56,260 bases of DNA. Origin: Candidatus Woesearchaeota archaeon CG10_big_fil_rev_8_21_14_0_10_32_9 (GTDB lineage: Archaea; Nanobdellota; Nanobdellia; Woesearchaeales; 21-14-0-10-32-9). Below are positions 55,383 through 56,260 of the stretch, piece by piece (position 1 is the stretch's first letter; every line of letters begins with the position of its first letter). The DNA lies in the NCBI GenBank assembly GCA_002762915.1, contig PCYF01000001.1, positions 1-56,260 of the forward strand. The letters are read 5' to 3'. The position numbers were made by a program, and so were the translations under genes. The notes beneath the pieces were generated by a model that ran no database searches, was not told the DNA's origin, and was given only the letters and a program-made list of their open reading frames with translations.

Positions 55383-56260
55383 ATGAAAATAATAAATTTA
55401 ATGACAGCAATTCTTTTGCTAGTTGTATTGGTGATCTCATCAGTTAGTGCTGTACAAAGCGCAGAGGTTCAACCAATTAATGATGGGCTAGATGTGAACG
55501 CAACTCCATCAGCATATATCGCAATAACAGATGTAAAGATTAATAGTGATACGGCGTACGATGGTGACGATCTTTATGTAGAAAGAGGGGACGTATTAAA
55601 AGTAAGAGTTACTCTTGAAGCAGGAGATCAGGACGTTACTGATGCTTACTTAGGAGCATTTATGTCTGGTTACAGATATGCGTACTATGAAAGAGATATG
55701 GTAACTGATTACACTAAAACATTCAGTTTACCTGCACATGAAAAAAGATCATTTGACTTGACTGTTACAGTTCCAGTAGATATGGAAAAGAAAGATGCTA
55801 AGTTAAGACTAGTTCTATTTGATGAAAATAGCGCATCAGTAATAACTTACAATTATCAAGTTTCAATTTATGGAACAGCAGATGATAGTGCAGTTCAAAT
55901 ACAAGACTTCTTCGTAAGTCCTTCTACAACAATAGAAGCAGGAAGAGCTTTATCTTTCAAAGTTAAAGTAAAAAACTATGGTAATAACGATTTGGATGAT
56001 GTTAAAGTAAAAGTAGCAATACCTGCACTTAACATACAAACCTACGAAACAATAGATACTCTTGATAAGGATGAAAGTCAATCTTTCGAAGCTTTGTTAT
56101 TAAGAATACCTCCAGAAGCAAAGCCAGGAGATTATGAGGTTGTTGCAACCGTAGAGTTTGATAGATTCCAATCAGTTGAAGAATCAACACAAATAACAAT
56201 AATAAATGCAGAAGTTGCACAAACTGCTGGAAGCGATTCAGTAATAGCAATGCCTGAAGC
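55383..56260 (+). CDS. Secreted S-layer/CARDB-like repeat protein (3' partial, runs off the window)
   Basis: Not in the ORF track because no stop falls in the window. ATG at 55383 is preceded by GGGGGT. My translation is MKIINLMTAILLLVVLVISSVSA/VQS... with repeated CARDB-like modules (..VKVKNYGNNDLDDVKVKVAIPALNI...PGDYEVVATVEF). The frame is open to the last base. Confidence 0.7.
   Translation, partial: MKIINLMTAILLLVVLVISSVSAVQSAEVQPINDGLDVNATPSAYIAITDVKINSDTAYDGDDLYVERGDVLKVRVTLEAGDQDVTDAYLGAFMSGYRYAYYERDMVTDYTKTFSLPAHEKRSFDLTVTVPVDMEKKDAKLRLVLFDENSASVITYNYQVSIYGTADDSAVQIQDFFVSPSTTIEAGRALSFKVKVKNYGNNDLDDVKVKVAIPALNIQTYETIDTLDKDESQSFEALLLRIPPEAKPGDYEVVATVEFDRFQSVEESTQITIINAEVAQTAGSDSVIAMPE

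Overview
Low-GC (about 30% by eye) archaeal chromosomal segment. The tightly packed, often overlapping genes and a fused primase suggest a small-genome DPANN-type archaeon; that placement is inference, and no search was run.

- **0.5-15.3 kb, replication island:** fused PriS-PriL primase, Hef, a TBP-MCM pair, aIF2-beta and an Orc1/Cdc6-PolD(DP1)-PolD(DP2) operon. The operon abuts a ~700 bp AT-rich spacer bounded by inverted origin-recognition-box (ORB) elements, which I call oriC. Two further full ORB-like elements lie upstream of TBP-MCM.
- **15.3-32 kb, information processing and RNA quality control:** pheS-LOG-pheT, TrmB, Pelota co-transcribed with an ArmA/Rmt/Sgm-like 16S rRNA methyltransferase, and a small PC4-like protein directly upstream of RadA. 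Also a TRAM protein, two 2H phosphoesterases flanking uS2, a four-gene RadB operon, a truncated NFACT protein, an NSUN methyltransferase, a PAP2 phosphatase and an orphan 5S rRNA.
- **32.1-49.8 kb, glycosylation island:** flippase, FemAB-like enzyme, DegT aminotransferase, four SAM methyltransferases, WecB/WecC, several glycosyltransferases and a deacetylase. It ends in a GT2-DUF2304-EamA pair module and the AglB oligosaccharyltransferase.
- **Right end:** a geranylgeranyl-reductase-like gene and three consecutive secreted surface proteins. One has a C-terminus that looks like a bacterial outer-membrane beta-barrel.

I recognised no CRISPR array, transposase/integrase or tRNA. Many first-in-operon genes have a TATA box about 20-25 nt before the ATG (leaderless-like), while internal genes carry GGAGG/GGTGA Shine-Dalgarno (SD) sites.
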